NCBI GenBank assembly: GCA_030265395.1
Contig: JARFYF010000022.1
Span: 30,938,666-31,000,514, forward strand
From: Rhina ancylostomus
Taxonomy: Eukaryota
Length of the DNA: 61,849 bases
Reading direction: 5' to 3'
Notes under the pieces: generated by a model
The model's input: only the letters and a program-made list of their open reading frames with translations
Database searches by the model: none
What the model was told of the DNA's origin: nothing
Shown: in pieces, positions 11,470-22,322 of the stretch
Position numbering within the stretch: position 1 is the stretch's first letter
Layout of the letters: each line of letters opens with the position of its first letter
Translations under genes and position numbers: made by a program

Positions 11470-12215
11470 TTGTCATATGGCCTTCTCAACAACTTCTAGG
11501 TCAGGTGCTTCAGCAAGACTGGATGGAGTCGAGGGCGTCCTATCGAGGACAGAGTGGCAGTTGAACCATAGAACAATACAGCACAATGCAGGCCCTTCAG
11601 CCCACCGTGTTGTGCCGCCCATCAAACCACACCTCACACCCTCTAACCCTTTCCTCCCACATATCCCTCTATCCCACACTCCTCCATATGCCTATCCAAC
11701 AAACTCTTGAACCTGTCCAACGTNNNNNNNNNNNNNNNNNNNNNNNNNNNNNNNNNNNNNNNNNNNNNNNNNNNNNNNNNNNNNNNNNNNNNNNNNNNNN
11801 NNNNNNNNNNNNNNNNNNNNNNNACCTATAAATATAACAAACAGTAGAGGTCCCAAAACCAATCCCTGCGGAACCCCACTCGTCATAGCCCTCCAATCCG
11901 AGGGCACTCCCTCCACCACAACCCTCTGCTTTCTACCATCAGTTGAGTTGGTCTTCGAAGTGCTTTTTGCAACTGACACTGACCATCTCTCTACTGTTGA
12001 TAAATTCACCTCTGTGCTTGGTTCTTCGTGGTATAGGGCCTTGGATGCTTCGACCAAAGATGGCCTTCATGGCATTAAATCCTTTGGCAAGTTGTTGGCC
12101 TTCCTGTTCTCTCTCCACTCATCATCTGCTCTTTGGTCACAGGTTTTCTATTGTACCTTGGCCTTTGCCTGAGGCATGGTGGAGCTTCCATTCCAGGAAT
12201 AAATTACTGGAGCAT
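11470..12215 (-). mobile_element. RTE-clade LINE fragment (post-endonuclease linker), interrupted by a CR1
   Basis: Frameshifted remnants KAKVQ...NCHSVLD...EAPDLEVVEKAI, typical of the RTE/BovB ORF. Confidence 0.65.
11565..11939 (-). mobile_element. Young 5'-truncated CR1 inserted into the RTE (gap inside)
   Basis: [37 protein letters not shown] plus 3' tail. Flanked by direct repeat CAGTTGA at 11558-11564 and 11940-11946. Confidence 0.88.
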
Positions 12216-12574
12216 GTTTGGGTGGATGGCAGTAGGGACCTTGAGCAAAAGGGAGGGGGAGCGGGTTGAAAGGGTTAGAGCAAGTGGGAGACGGCCGGGG
12301 AGGACGTGATCAAAAGGCAGGCAGAACACTCAAAGAAAATCAGGCACATGAAGGATTAAGGAGAGCACAAGTGAGGGGAAGAGGCAAGTAGCAAATGACA
12401 AGGCCATCCACACCCTTGCAAAAAAAATGCATGCCCACCGACATGCATGTTTATATCCATTCAGCTGAGTCTGATCTATAGTCGACTAGGAGCCCTTACC
12501 ACTTAGCTGAGATCTCACACTGGATTGCAACAGCTTCCCTCAGTTCAAAGAAATCATGCATAAGTAACTTCCAC

Positions 12575-13545
12575 TGCTCAGCTTGAAGCTTGGGACCTGG
12601 ACCATCAGATCTGTGTGGACTGCCCCAGCAGCAATGGATTCAAATGTCACTCTGCTGTCGTAGCTAAGAAGTTCAGACACTGTGACATGGACATCAGCAT
12701 CCCAGGAAGGGGGACACCACCTTCGGGGGATGCACTCTACCATCAAGAGTTCACCTTGGGTCCCATTAACATCACCACTCATGGGGGTACACATCATGAC
12801 GCTCCAGTGAATTAACACTAAGCCAGCATGCTAATAGTGATCAGTACATGCACACCAACCATGGAGTCTATGGATGAGGTCAAGCAGCACTTCTACTCTG
12901 ACTTCGAGAAGGCCCTGGGCCAGCATCCCAGAGGGAGACAAACTGATCTTCCTGGGCAATAGCATGGCTGGGGTGAGAAAGATAAAACCCTCCATCAAAG
13001 TGTGATCAGCAAGGAGGGGCTAGGGAAAGCTAGTTAGCTTTCCCTAGTCCCTCCTAGCCAGAGTCATCCTCCTGACAAAAATGGTTGCAGCACAGTTTCA
13101 TCACAATGAAAGATGAGCACAAAAGCTCATGATGATACCCAGCTCAAAACATTGGCACTTACTGGATGACATTGCTGTTCAAGTAAGAGAGCACAAAGGT
13201 GTCACATTACCCAAAATACAAAAAGGTACCAATGATTGTTGGACTGACCACTGCTTAATCTACTCTCATCTCTAGCAATCTGGCCCCAAAACAACAGCAG
13301 AAACACTGTACTATGAAAATCAACAATGAAGTTCTCAAGGACCCCACAAAGACAGCACCTCACATACAACCTGAGGATTCCCAGCCAACAGGAGCCACAA
13401 AACATTCACAGCATCTGGAATCCCCTAGTCCATTATAACTGCCACCTGGGAAGAGACTCCTGGCTCTTATATCAGTAAAACACAGGACTGGCTTGGTGAG
13501 AATGAACAGAAGACCAAAGAATTAGTTCACCACAAAACACTAGGT
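12575..13545 (+). mobile_element. RTE-clade LINE endonuclease region
   Basis: LKLGTWTIR..., VVAKKFRHCDMDI, VISTCTPTMESMDEVKQHFYSDFEKAL, GDKLIFLG, ending HRTGLVRMNRR / QDWLGENEQKTKEL (frameshifted HQDWFDEN-like). Confidence 0.8.
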
Positions 13546-14394
13546 GCTCCAGGATTATAATAATGTAATAATAGCTACATTAAACACAAAGAATACATGA
13601 GAACAATCATCCACTTTCATCATTAACTCCATTCAAATATTAATTATGGAAAAAGCTTCACTCAAATCAAATCATTTATTAAAATTGCTGTGTAATTTGC
13701 ATTAACCAATGGATATCAGGACAGATATTTCATCTTTGTTATAATTTTCCTCTCCCCCATGCTCTCTAGAACATTAGCAAATGCATTGCGTTCTTCAAGT
13801 ATTCGCCTATTTAAGTAAACAAAAACTCAATTTTGCTATCAACTGAGCCAGATCATTTTGGATAATCGGATCAAACTGAAATAGTAGTTCATGCCATTCT
13901 CGAGGAAGGAGGGATTGAAAGTCTCCTGTCCAAACTTGGCGATAACACAACAAAAGGCAACATGATAAGCAATGGACATAATTAGCTCAGGCACTAAATG
14001 ATGAGCGTGGCCAATTCTTCACAGCACAAGGGGGTAGAAATAATACTACAGCAAAGGACACACAATACCATGAACATCCACACCTTAAAGTACAGATTAA
14101 CCTTGGCGGGACAGCAGCAGAGATCAAAATAGTACCTGAAAAAGTNNNNNNNNNNNNNNNNNNNNNNNNNNNNNNNNNNNNNNNNNNNNNNNNNNNNNNN
14201 NNNNNNNNNNNNNNNNNNNNNNNNNNNNNNNNNNNNNNNNNNNNNNNNNNNNNNNNNNNNNNNNNNNNNNNNNNNNNNNNNNNNNNNNNNNNNNNNNNNN
14301 NNNNNNNNNNNNNNNNNNNNNNNNNNNNNNNNNNNNNNNNNNNNNNNNNNNNNNNNNNNNNNNNNNNNNNNNNNNNNNNNNNNNNNNNNNNNNN

Positions 14395-14512
14395 NGTGCA
14401 GGTAGATTGTTGGTTTTAAATAAGAAATTAATAACATTTTTTAACCAAAGATATTAAAGGATATGGATCTAAAACTGGTAGAAAAGTTAGGTCATGGATT
14501 AGCCATGATCTT
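14395..14512 (+). mobile_element. CR1 3' fragment
   Basis: gatattaaaggatatgga...gattagccatgatctt. Confidence 0.6.
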
Positions 14513-14515
14513 TGA

Positions 14516-14752
14516 GGCAGCATGGTAGCGTAGTGGTTAGCGTACACTATTACAGTGCCAGCAATCGGGGTTCGATTCCCGTCGCTGTCTGTAAGGAGCT
14601 TGTACGTTCTCCTGTGTCTGCGTGGGTTTCCTCCGGGTGCTCCGGTTTCCTCCCACATTCCAAAAGACATATGGGTAGGTTAACTTGGGTTTAAAATTGG
14701 GCAGAAAGGGCCTGTTACCACGCCGTAAATAAAATTTAATTAAAAAAAATTT
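14516..14752 (+). mobile_element. tRNA-derived V-SINE (young family)
   Basis: A box tagcgtagtgg, B box ggttcgattccc, V-domain tgcgtgggtttcctccgggtgctccggtttcctcccac, CR1-like tail gggcctgttaccacg..taaataaaattt. Confidence 0.9.
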
Positions 14753-14814
14753 GGCTTCAACCAATGAAACAGGCATCCAGTTACCACGTTTCAAGGACAA
14801 GTGGCTACATCACA

Positions 14815-15180
14815 ATGCAGGATTTAAACTTCATAATCAGACTCAAAATTATGTGCAGTTATCAAATTCTGCACTTTATCAAAGGTGCTGACTTTAGGAT
14901 GACATATTAAACCAAAATGCCACCTGTTTCGATGAATTTAAAAACACAGTTTGAAAAGGTCGTGGAGAGTTTCCCCAGTAACTTAGCCAACACTTCTTAC
15001 ATCCAACAGTGCTGAAGAACAAACAACTCCTCTTTCACCTCATTTGCTGTGTGCGAGATCTTGTGCAAAGAGTGGTTGATTCACTTGTCCAGAAAAGTGG
15101 GTATTTTTCCAAAGAGAAAGGCAGTGATTCTGATACTTTGAAAAATCCCAAGAAAATGAAAAGCATAATCTGCTTGCACA
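14815..15180 (+). mobile_element. Degraded DeuSINE (SacSINE1/AmnSINE-like)
   Basis: Deu-domain-like ggtgctgactttaggatgacatattaaacc...catttgctgtgtgcgagatcttgtgc. Confidence 0.6.
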
Positions 15181-15789
15181 TTTGTTATTTAATTTCACTG
15201 AATAATATGTCACTCTTAAGTGGAAAAAAACACTAGGAAGGAAAAGTATTCTACTGAAAGTCCTGGAATAAACTAAACAGCAAATTTACCGCACATGCAT
15301 GGAAATCACAAAACTGCTGTCCCATTTGTTCTACTTCTCCAAGGCCTTCACTATAACAGATTCCACACTTATTTCTGCTGAATTGTTACTGATGAATAGA
15401 ATTGAATTCTATTCTAGACTCATATAATCATGATGGCACAGAAAGAGCCCATTGGTCCTTGAAGCCGATACTGCCAGAGTGACCTTGTCAGTCCATTGCC
15501 CAGTGCCTGGCTGCTACTTTTTTTCTTCTTTAAATGTCTATCCACCTGCTTTCTCCTGTATTACTGGACTGATCATTTTACGAGATGGAGTTCTGTACTA
15601 AGTGGGTCTGTATATATCCACAAGCTGCTTCAGAGCAGATTGCTGAATATTGGCAGTTCTTTTCCGAACCACTAACCAAAAGCAGAATACTTCAGTACAT
15701 TTTCTGAATGATCATTAAATACAGCAGAATATTTTATGTTGCACATTCCAAGTTAATTCACAAAGATAGACCATTATAAGTCTTGATGA

Positions 15790-15981
15790 TAGTAAAAGCT
15801 TTGTTATCCAGTATGTGCCAGACTTGACAGATGCCAATTAAATCACATGTCAACCAGGCCATTAACTCTGCACTGCCCCTCCACTAGCCCTGCTGTTCCT
15901 TTGGCACTGCCCCCTTCATCAATGCTACAGATTACTTAAATCTGATGGATTACAAAATGTTAGGAAACAAAGTTTACACTG
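15790..15981. mobile_element. Old Tigger/pogo-like MITE
   Basis: Imperfect TIRs agtaaaagctttgttatcc / ggaaacaaagtttacactg. Confidence 0.45.
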
Positions 15982-16339
15982 TTCTATCCAACATTGAATA
16001 CTTACAATTACAGTCTCAATGCTACAATCTGTACTTAAATACAGTACTTAAATACAGATACAGTCTGTACCTAAATTTGTAAATTTAGGTCTCTCATCAC
16101 TCTCGAAATGCTATCTTTCTTACTTACCCTCTCTTTTAATTTATGCAGATAATTTTACAATTTACTAAACATTCTAACTTGTACATATTGGTATAAACTT
16201 CCTCTTCAGTCAAAATTTATCCAGATAATACTGAGAGATACATTTTCATTTGTTCTTTACAAAAGATAACTTTCATGCAGAGTGTGATATTCTGAAATCA
16301 CTCTCCAATTATTGCAAAACTTTATTAAAGTGTGTGGTA

Positions 16340-18025
16340 AAAACTGAAACTGTTAGGCACAATCTGTGGAAAGAGGAACAGAGTTTCAAGTCAAATACCC
16401 TTCATCAGAACCAGGAAAGAGAGAGAAAACAAGGTAGTTTTAAATTGCAGAGAAAATGGGGGAAAGTCAAAGGAAACCTCTCTGACTGGGCAAGTCCAGG
16501 ATTAATGGGGGTTAAATTAGAGAGATTATGCAGAGGAATGGATTAGTGGGGTCAGTTAGTGAGTCAGAACATAAGGGAACATAAAAGTTGTGATGTTCAG
16601 CAGGTCAGGCTACACTAATGGAAAGAGGAAAACTAAACTAATATCACAGATGGATGACTTACAGCAGAAACTTCCAGTTCTGATGCAGATGGAAAAAGCG
16701 AGATCCCTGAAGTTAAAGAATTCAATATTGTGTTTGAAAAGTTGCAACAAGCTGAGAGGGAAGATGCTTTTTCTCAAGCTTACAGTTTATCTCATGATAA
16801 CAGTGCAAAAGTCCACAAATCAGTCGGAGAGGTGCGGGATGGAGAATTAAAGTGGCAGGCAGCAGGGAGTTCTGAGTCACCCCAGATCGAATGCAGGTAA
16901 TCTGGAAAAGTGGTTACCCACACTATGTTGGCTTCTCCAACATGGAGTGGACCACATTGTGAACACCTATCACTTTGCACTAAAATGGACTTATTTTTTT
17001 GTTCTAATTGTGTTCTTGTAAAAATTGTGGACAATTTATGTTTCTCTTGTGAATCGTGCTTATATGATGCTATGTATCTGTGATACTGCTGTAAGCAAGT
17101 TTTTCATTGTACCTGTGCATACATGTACTTGTGCACATGACAATAAACTCAACTTTGATGTGAATCACAGCATCATTTGGGAGCAGTGTTTGGATCCCTG
17201 GATACAAGGAGGGGAAAGGAACAAATTTTGCATCTACCACAGTTGCATAGAAAAGTACTATAGAATGGGGAGTGGTTGGTGGGAAAGGAAGAACAGATCA
17301 GGGAATCATGAAAGGAACTATACCTTTGAAATGCTGAAAGGGGATGGGGGCAAGACATGTCGAGAGGTGGAATCTCATTGATGCTGGTGGAAATTGTGAA
17401 GGATGAACCGTTGAATGCAGATGTGGTGGGGTCGAAGATGAGAACCAGTGCAACTCTATCCTTGCTCTATCCAGGAGGAGAGGGATGGGGAGCAGAAACA
17501 GATGAGATGCAATCAAGGGTTCTGTCAACTGGGTAGAAGTGAAGCTATAGTTCAGAAAGGAGGAAAACTTTTCAGGAGCATTTCTGTGTAAAACTTTATC
17601 ACTGGAGCAAATACAGAGTTGGAGAAACTGGAAGAATGGAATGGAGTCCTTACAGGAGGTAGGATGAAAGGAAGTATCAATGAGAAATTACAAGGGCTAA
17701 TTGAGAAATTACAAGGACTCCTACAGGAGGCTATAGCCTTGTAATAGATGCTTGTCATTAGCCCATCCCCTAAAATGGAGACAAAGATCTAGAAGGTGAA
17801 GAGACAGAGACATACCATATCAAGGTGAGAAGGATGGAAATTGGCAGCAAAAGTAAGGAAGATCTCGAGTTCTGTATGAGTGCAAGAAGCAGCACCAAAA
17901 CAATCATCAATGTATCAGAAAAGGAGTTGAGGGAAGGACGGAGCACGCTCAAGTAGAACTGAAACAAAGACTGTTCCATGTATCCCATAAAACAAACAGG
18001 CATCGTTTTGTCCCATGCAAGTCCC
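16340..18025 (-). mobile_element. Penelope-like element: decayed RT, GIY-YIG endonuclease and 3' terminal repeat
   Basis: RT-like CFMGYMEQSLFQ and TSIYYKA; GIY-YIG-like CSQCGPLHVGEA...LPAACHFNS; CTGATGA..GAAAC motif at 16408-16383; short inverted tail copy at about 18050-18092. Confidence 0.85.
16968..17160 (+). mobile_element. Rex1/Babar-like 3' UTR nested in the Penelope-like element
   Basis: atcactttgcactaaaatggac...gcaagtttttcattgtacctgtgc...gacaataaactcaactttga; reverse-complement match to 7711-7910. Confidence 0.8.
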
Positions 18026-18851
18026 TCAATTACATTCCCAACAATTTCTCATTTTGCTTCAGGATTTCTAACATCTGTAGATTTTTGATTTCATTATAAT
18101 GTGTGGACTGCTGTATACTCATTTCACAGGGAATACCATAACAGATTACAAAATCCAGGTCAATGTTTTGAGGGTTGTTTTATTCTTAAAACACATATAT
18201 AATTGAAAATCCATTCTATACCACACTAGTATTACCTAATACCAGCATCTGACTCCCTTTCCCTCCACCCTATTACCTCCCCCAGCTCTTTCTACCCATT
18301 TCTCCTTCTCAAACCTATTTGTTAAAGGATTATAGCTCTAAGATGATCATAGACTAACATCATATTCATCTGACATTTATCCAGAAAGCCTCAGAAGGGA
18401 TAAACCAGTAAAAGTAGATCTTCCCTTTCAATCAGGAAAAGTTGGACAATTGCAAAATTCTATTATAGCACGAAGTAAGATCAGCTGATTCAAGACCAAA
18501 TTAGAAATTATACCAGGAAACTTTCTGGTGTTTATTCCTTAACGGGGGTAACCTTTGGATAATACTGTTAATAAGCAAAGACCACTTGATTATCTTGATT
18601 CCCTTTAAATTAAAACATAATTGAAAACTTTATGCATGAAATATTAACTTTACTTGCACCAGATAAAGTCCTGCTAGCTGCATAACCAATTAATCACATT
18701 TAGTTATATGCAATTACTAGCAACATTCATTTCATATTGAAATCAGAGCCAGTTATGATATTGAATTTAAAGTTCAAGTTCGAGAGTCTTATTTGCAACA
18801 CTTTCCAATGCACCACACCATCCTGCCACACACTACAACACTTTCACTTAC

Positions 18852-18935
18852 TGCTCCTTCAGTATGTATTCGGTGTTTTCTGGAGAAATCTGCCCAGTCA
18901 CTGGATGTCTGAATGATGTTGCCCGTTGATTATGA
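18852..18935 (-). CDS. plekha7: PLEKHA7 internal coding exon (84 nt; C-terminal half of the second WW domain)
   Basis: Acceptor tgtgatttattacAG and donor CA|GTAAGT. After 1 nt it translates HNQRATSFRHPVTGQISPENTEYILKE(Q), versus human HNQQTTAFRHPVTGQFSPENSEFILQEE. Phase 2 at both ends; CA+A gives Gln at the junction with exon 159-270. Confidence 0.96.
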
Positions 18936-20121
18936 CTGTAATAAATCACAAGATAATTAGCACCGATTTATTATAGTTGAAGCAGCATTTTCTCCCCCAA
19001 GTTATTCTTATTCAAGCTAATTCTTATTCATAAGGATATATGGGAGTGATTTATCATGTAGAGCTGCCTCGTATTTCAATATTTTCTTTGGATTTCAACA
19101 CACGTGTGTTGAATCTGCCAACAGCCTGCAGCACTGTATTTGTGCCAGCTCTCAGATCACACATTATGCTCAGCTGGTTATGATAATCAGCATAACTTAA
19201 ATTAAACCAAATGCTCCATTCAACTGAAAAGATGCAAACAATTTAAATGTTACTAAGCTTTTAGCAACATTAAAATGATGCAATTAACACTATCTAGCTG
19301 TTTTAAAAATGCACGTACTCCAGAAGCTAAATCACCTGAGTTTTTGATGTCTAGGCCGTTCAACACTTAAGTTATGCATGAACAGATGCACCAAAAAGGC
19401 ATCTCCCAGAGTTCATTGAGAAATTGTTCCAGCATAGTAATCAGCAGATCTGACAACTATTGATTAACTGACGCCTTTCTACTTCCTAACCTCCCAGTTT
19501 CTTTTGCTGTCTGTCTTGCAGCTATACAGAATCCACTTACATAAAACCAAGATTCCTGTTGATGGCCCTGAATGATGACTAATAATTTGTTTATGAAGAT
19601 TCAACTTTTCAGTTTTTCACCATTTCTATGCTCTACTTCAAAGGGCACTGATGTGTCCTGAGGTAAAATTCCAAGCACTCCTTCAAGCAACTACAAGGAT
19701 CACATGTCCAATCAAGCTTTCAGTTGACACAAATGCACACCTCAGTTGTCACTGCACAAAAGCTAAAGGAGCTAATTCTTCTTTTTCTCTTCCTTAACAA
19801 AAGCTGTAATGGTTAACCATTACATTACTACATCTTCAACAGCTAAGACTCCATATATTGGGGGAGAAATCTGAGAGCTCTTTCATTTGTGCATTTTTGA
19901 CCTGAAGAGTCAATCAAAGCCATATCCATCCTCTACACGGAATCAGCCAAGGCTTTGATGTCTTGCCTCATTTTTAAACCAAACCAGTAATGATAACATC
20001 ATATTAATCCCCAGCAATATGTATTACTATCCTCTTAAAATTATTACACAACCACATCAACCCATTAAAATATTTGCATTTGTTTGTATCTTCAAGATAC
20101 CCCAAAACACCCAGAGAGATA

Positions 20122-20417
20122 CAGGCCTCCCTGGGTTAAGAACGCCTGATTTATGGACACCCCTACATATAAACAAACTCCTATAATATTACTAACTTCA
20201 AACGTCCGATGTACATACATGCATTCCTATGAATGGCAGAACTAATTTCCTCTCTCTCGCTCCACTTTTCATAATTATTTCTTCTTATCAATGCTTTTGA
20301 TGCTATTCCTTTCAAACACTGTGGAAGTACGGTTACTATATCGAGTGATTTTTGTATATTTTCCAACTTATGGATGTTTGTAAAAACTGAACCAGTTCAT
20401 TACCCAGGGACGGCTTC
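20122..20417. mobile_element. Tigger/pogo-like MITE with TA target duplication
   Basis: TA|CAGGCCTCCCTGGGTTAAGAAC ... GTTCATTACCCAGGGACGGCTTC|TA; imperfect TIRs of about 22 bp, no ORF. Confidence 0.8.
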
Positions 20418-20599
20418 TATTTTGAAATGCATTTATTATGCAGGTCAATGTGACAGCCAAGTGTCCTCTGCAAGTACACAGTGATGTTCTTGAAAACTTA
20501 ATATGTGTTTGCTTGTAATGACTGGAGCTTGCATATTGGTTGAGGTACATGACAGAGCTGCCCAATCTTTCTTCTAAGTTGCTGTGGTATCAGACTGAA

Positions 20600-20745
20600 G
20601 ACAAATATGGTTTAACTTTCTTTTAAAAGAGATGCTCTTCCAAAAGTGCCCCAGTCCCAGAGTACTGCACTGAAATGTCAAACATGATTATGCATTCAAC
20701 TCAAAGCGAGGCTTGAGCCCAATATCTTTCAATGTGAGCACAAAT
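20600..20745 (-). mobile_element. DeuSINE 5' fragment
   Basis: agtactgcactgaaatgtcaaacatgattatgcattcaa, similar to 47065-47110. Confidence 0.55.
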
Positions 20746-22047
20746 ATTGTTGCATTATAATTGTTGGACTATTGTCAAAAACATTACCACAGATACAAAG
20801 AACTCGCACAAAATATGAGATCAGCCTCATTTAAATAATCAGCTATCAAAATGATTAAAGCTTCCTTTACATAAATTAAGAGGAGAAAGAAAAGTTTAAG
20901 TGCATTCTTGGTCTCCAATAAATTAACTGCTGGTTGCTTGGGTGGTGGCAAATGCCTCATACTTGGTCACAGTATCAGTCCACTATAACCAACCCCCATC
21001 ACCCTGACTACTTTTCATTATATCTGGCAGTTCCTCAAATAGCCACACTAACTCAGAGAACTGCTTTAAAATGTTAATGAAATTGCATTTTACACAAATT
21101 AGAATAGCAATGTCATACAGTAAACAATTCGCAAAACCCAGCACTGGTCATTCATTAAAAACAATTATCCACCAGTAAAGCACAAGCAGGTTTTAGATTA
21201 TCCAAATTACATTCCCACAGAACCTGTGCGAATTCAAACAGATGTTATATCAAGGGTATTCGCTGCTTAAGTTCTATAGTACTAGGTGATACTTAAAGTC
21301 AGTTTATTTAAAGCCCTTTCATCTGGTTAGCGTGAATTTTATACGAAACATTTCTTGGTCAGACATGAATTTGCTCCAAAATAACACATCGTTTGATCTT
21401 AAATGCAAAATAGCGCAGGAAATAAAATGGTACTTTAATGTGCACAGCATAAAGAGAACAACTTGTTAACCATTGCCACTGTTACTCACTTTGTTAAAAT
21501 GTTAGAACTTATAATAGTAGTAGGCAATACTGAAGAAAGGACTCCTAATTTAACAATCCTACAGGTTTCATTATACTGAAAAATCTGAGGCAATATGTAA
21601 ATGTTTCTTGAATGCAGAAGATACAAGATATATAGCAAATATTGGTTAACCAATGGTTTAATTACAAAGAAGAGCAAAGTCATTTATGAAGAGGGCATAA
21701 AGCTAACTGCCCGAAAATTTTGCATTCCAGTATTTTGAAAGAGCAGGTGTATAAATAGTGGATGTATTTGTAATGTACTCAAGTTATCTAAATTTTAGAA
21801 TAGTTGCAGCAGACTTTAACACTACATTACTAGTCAAGGAGCAATTAAAGAAAGATCAGTTCACCTGGCACGTGCGTTTAGCAAATAGATAAAACTAATA
21901 TAATTTTGTGAACAAATAAATCATGTTTTACATCTGTAATGGGTTTCAAGATATAACCAGCAGGATATATCAAAGGGTTTGGACAAAAATTACATGCACC
22001 ATACCTGAATTTGCTAAACACATTTCAAGACATAACAGATAAAAAGC

Positions 22048-22322
22048 TGTTACGAACCAGCAACAAAAGAAATACATCGAGTCATGTATAAGCATTAAAA
22101 ACTACTTTATTAATAAATACTTGTGATAATAAGAAAACTAAAAGTAAAAATGTTAGAATGTTAGAAGTAAAAATGTTAAATCTTAAACATTAACCCCAAA
22201 TCTAAACCCATAGTGTGTGTGTGTGGCAAATTCCTAAACTCCAATTTCCAGGAATAGTTCTTAAAGTTCAGTTCAGCAAGCCATAAGGTGAAACATGAGC
22301 AAAGGCTTCTTCAACAACCACC
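22048..22322 (-). mobile_element. Second copy of the same LTR family, running into a gap
   Basis: The first 69 nt match 1072-1140 with 7 mismatches (TGTTACGAACCAGCAAC...AAAAACTACTTTATTAATAA). Confidence 0.8.

Larger units (their letters stand above)
271..18851 (-). other. plekha7: plekha7 intron (GT-AG, phase 2, about 18.6 kb including gaps)
   Basis: Bounded by the donor and acceptor of the two in-frame exons. Confidence 0.9.

Noticed and set aside
14516-14590. tRNA-like sequence with A and B boxes
   Set aside because: It continues into a V-domain and LINE-like tail, so it is a SINE head, not a tRNA gene.
159-18935. Alternative assignment of the exons to plekha5 or plekha6
   Set aside because: FRHPVTGQ.SPEN and HMSKQ..QRP.SMVSETST fit PLEKHA7, whereas PLEKHA5 has CKHPVTGQPSQDN and RPISMINEAS.
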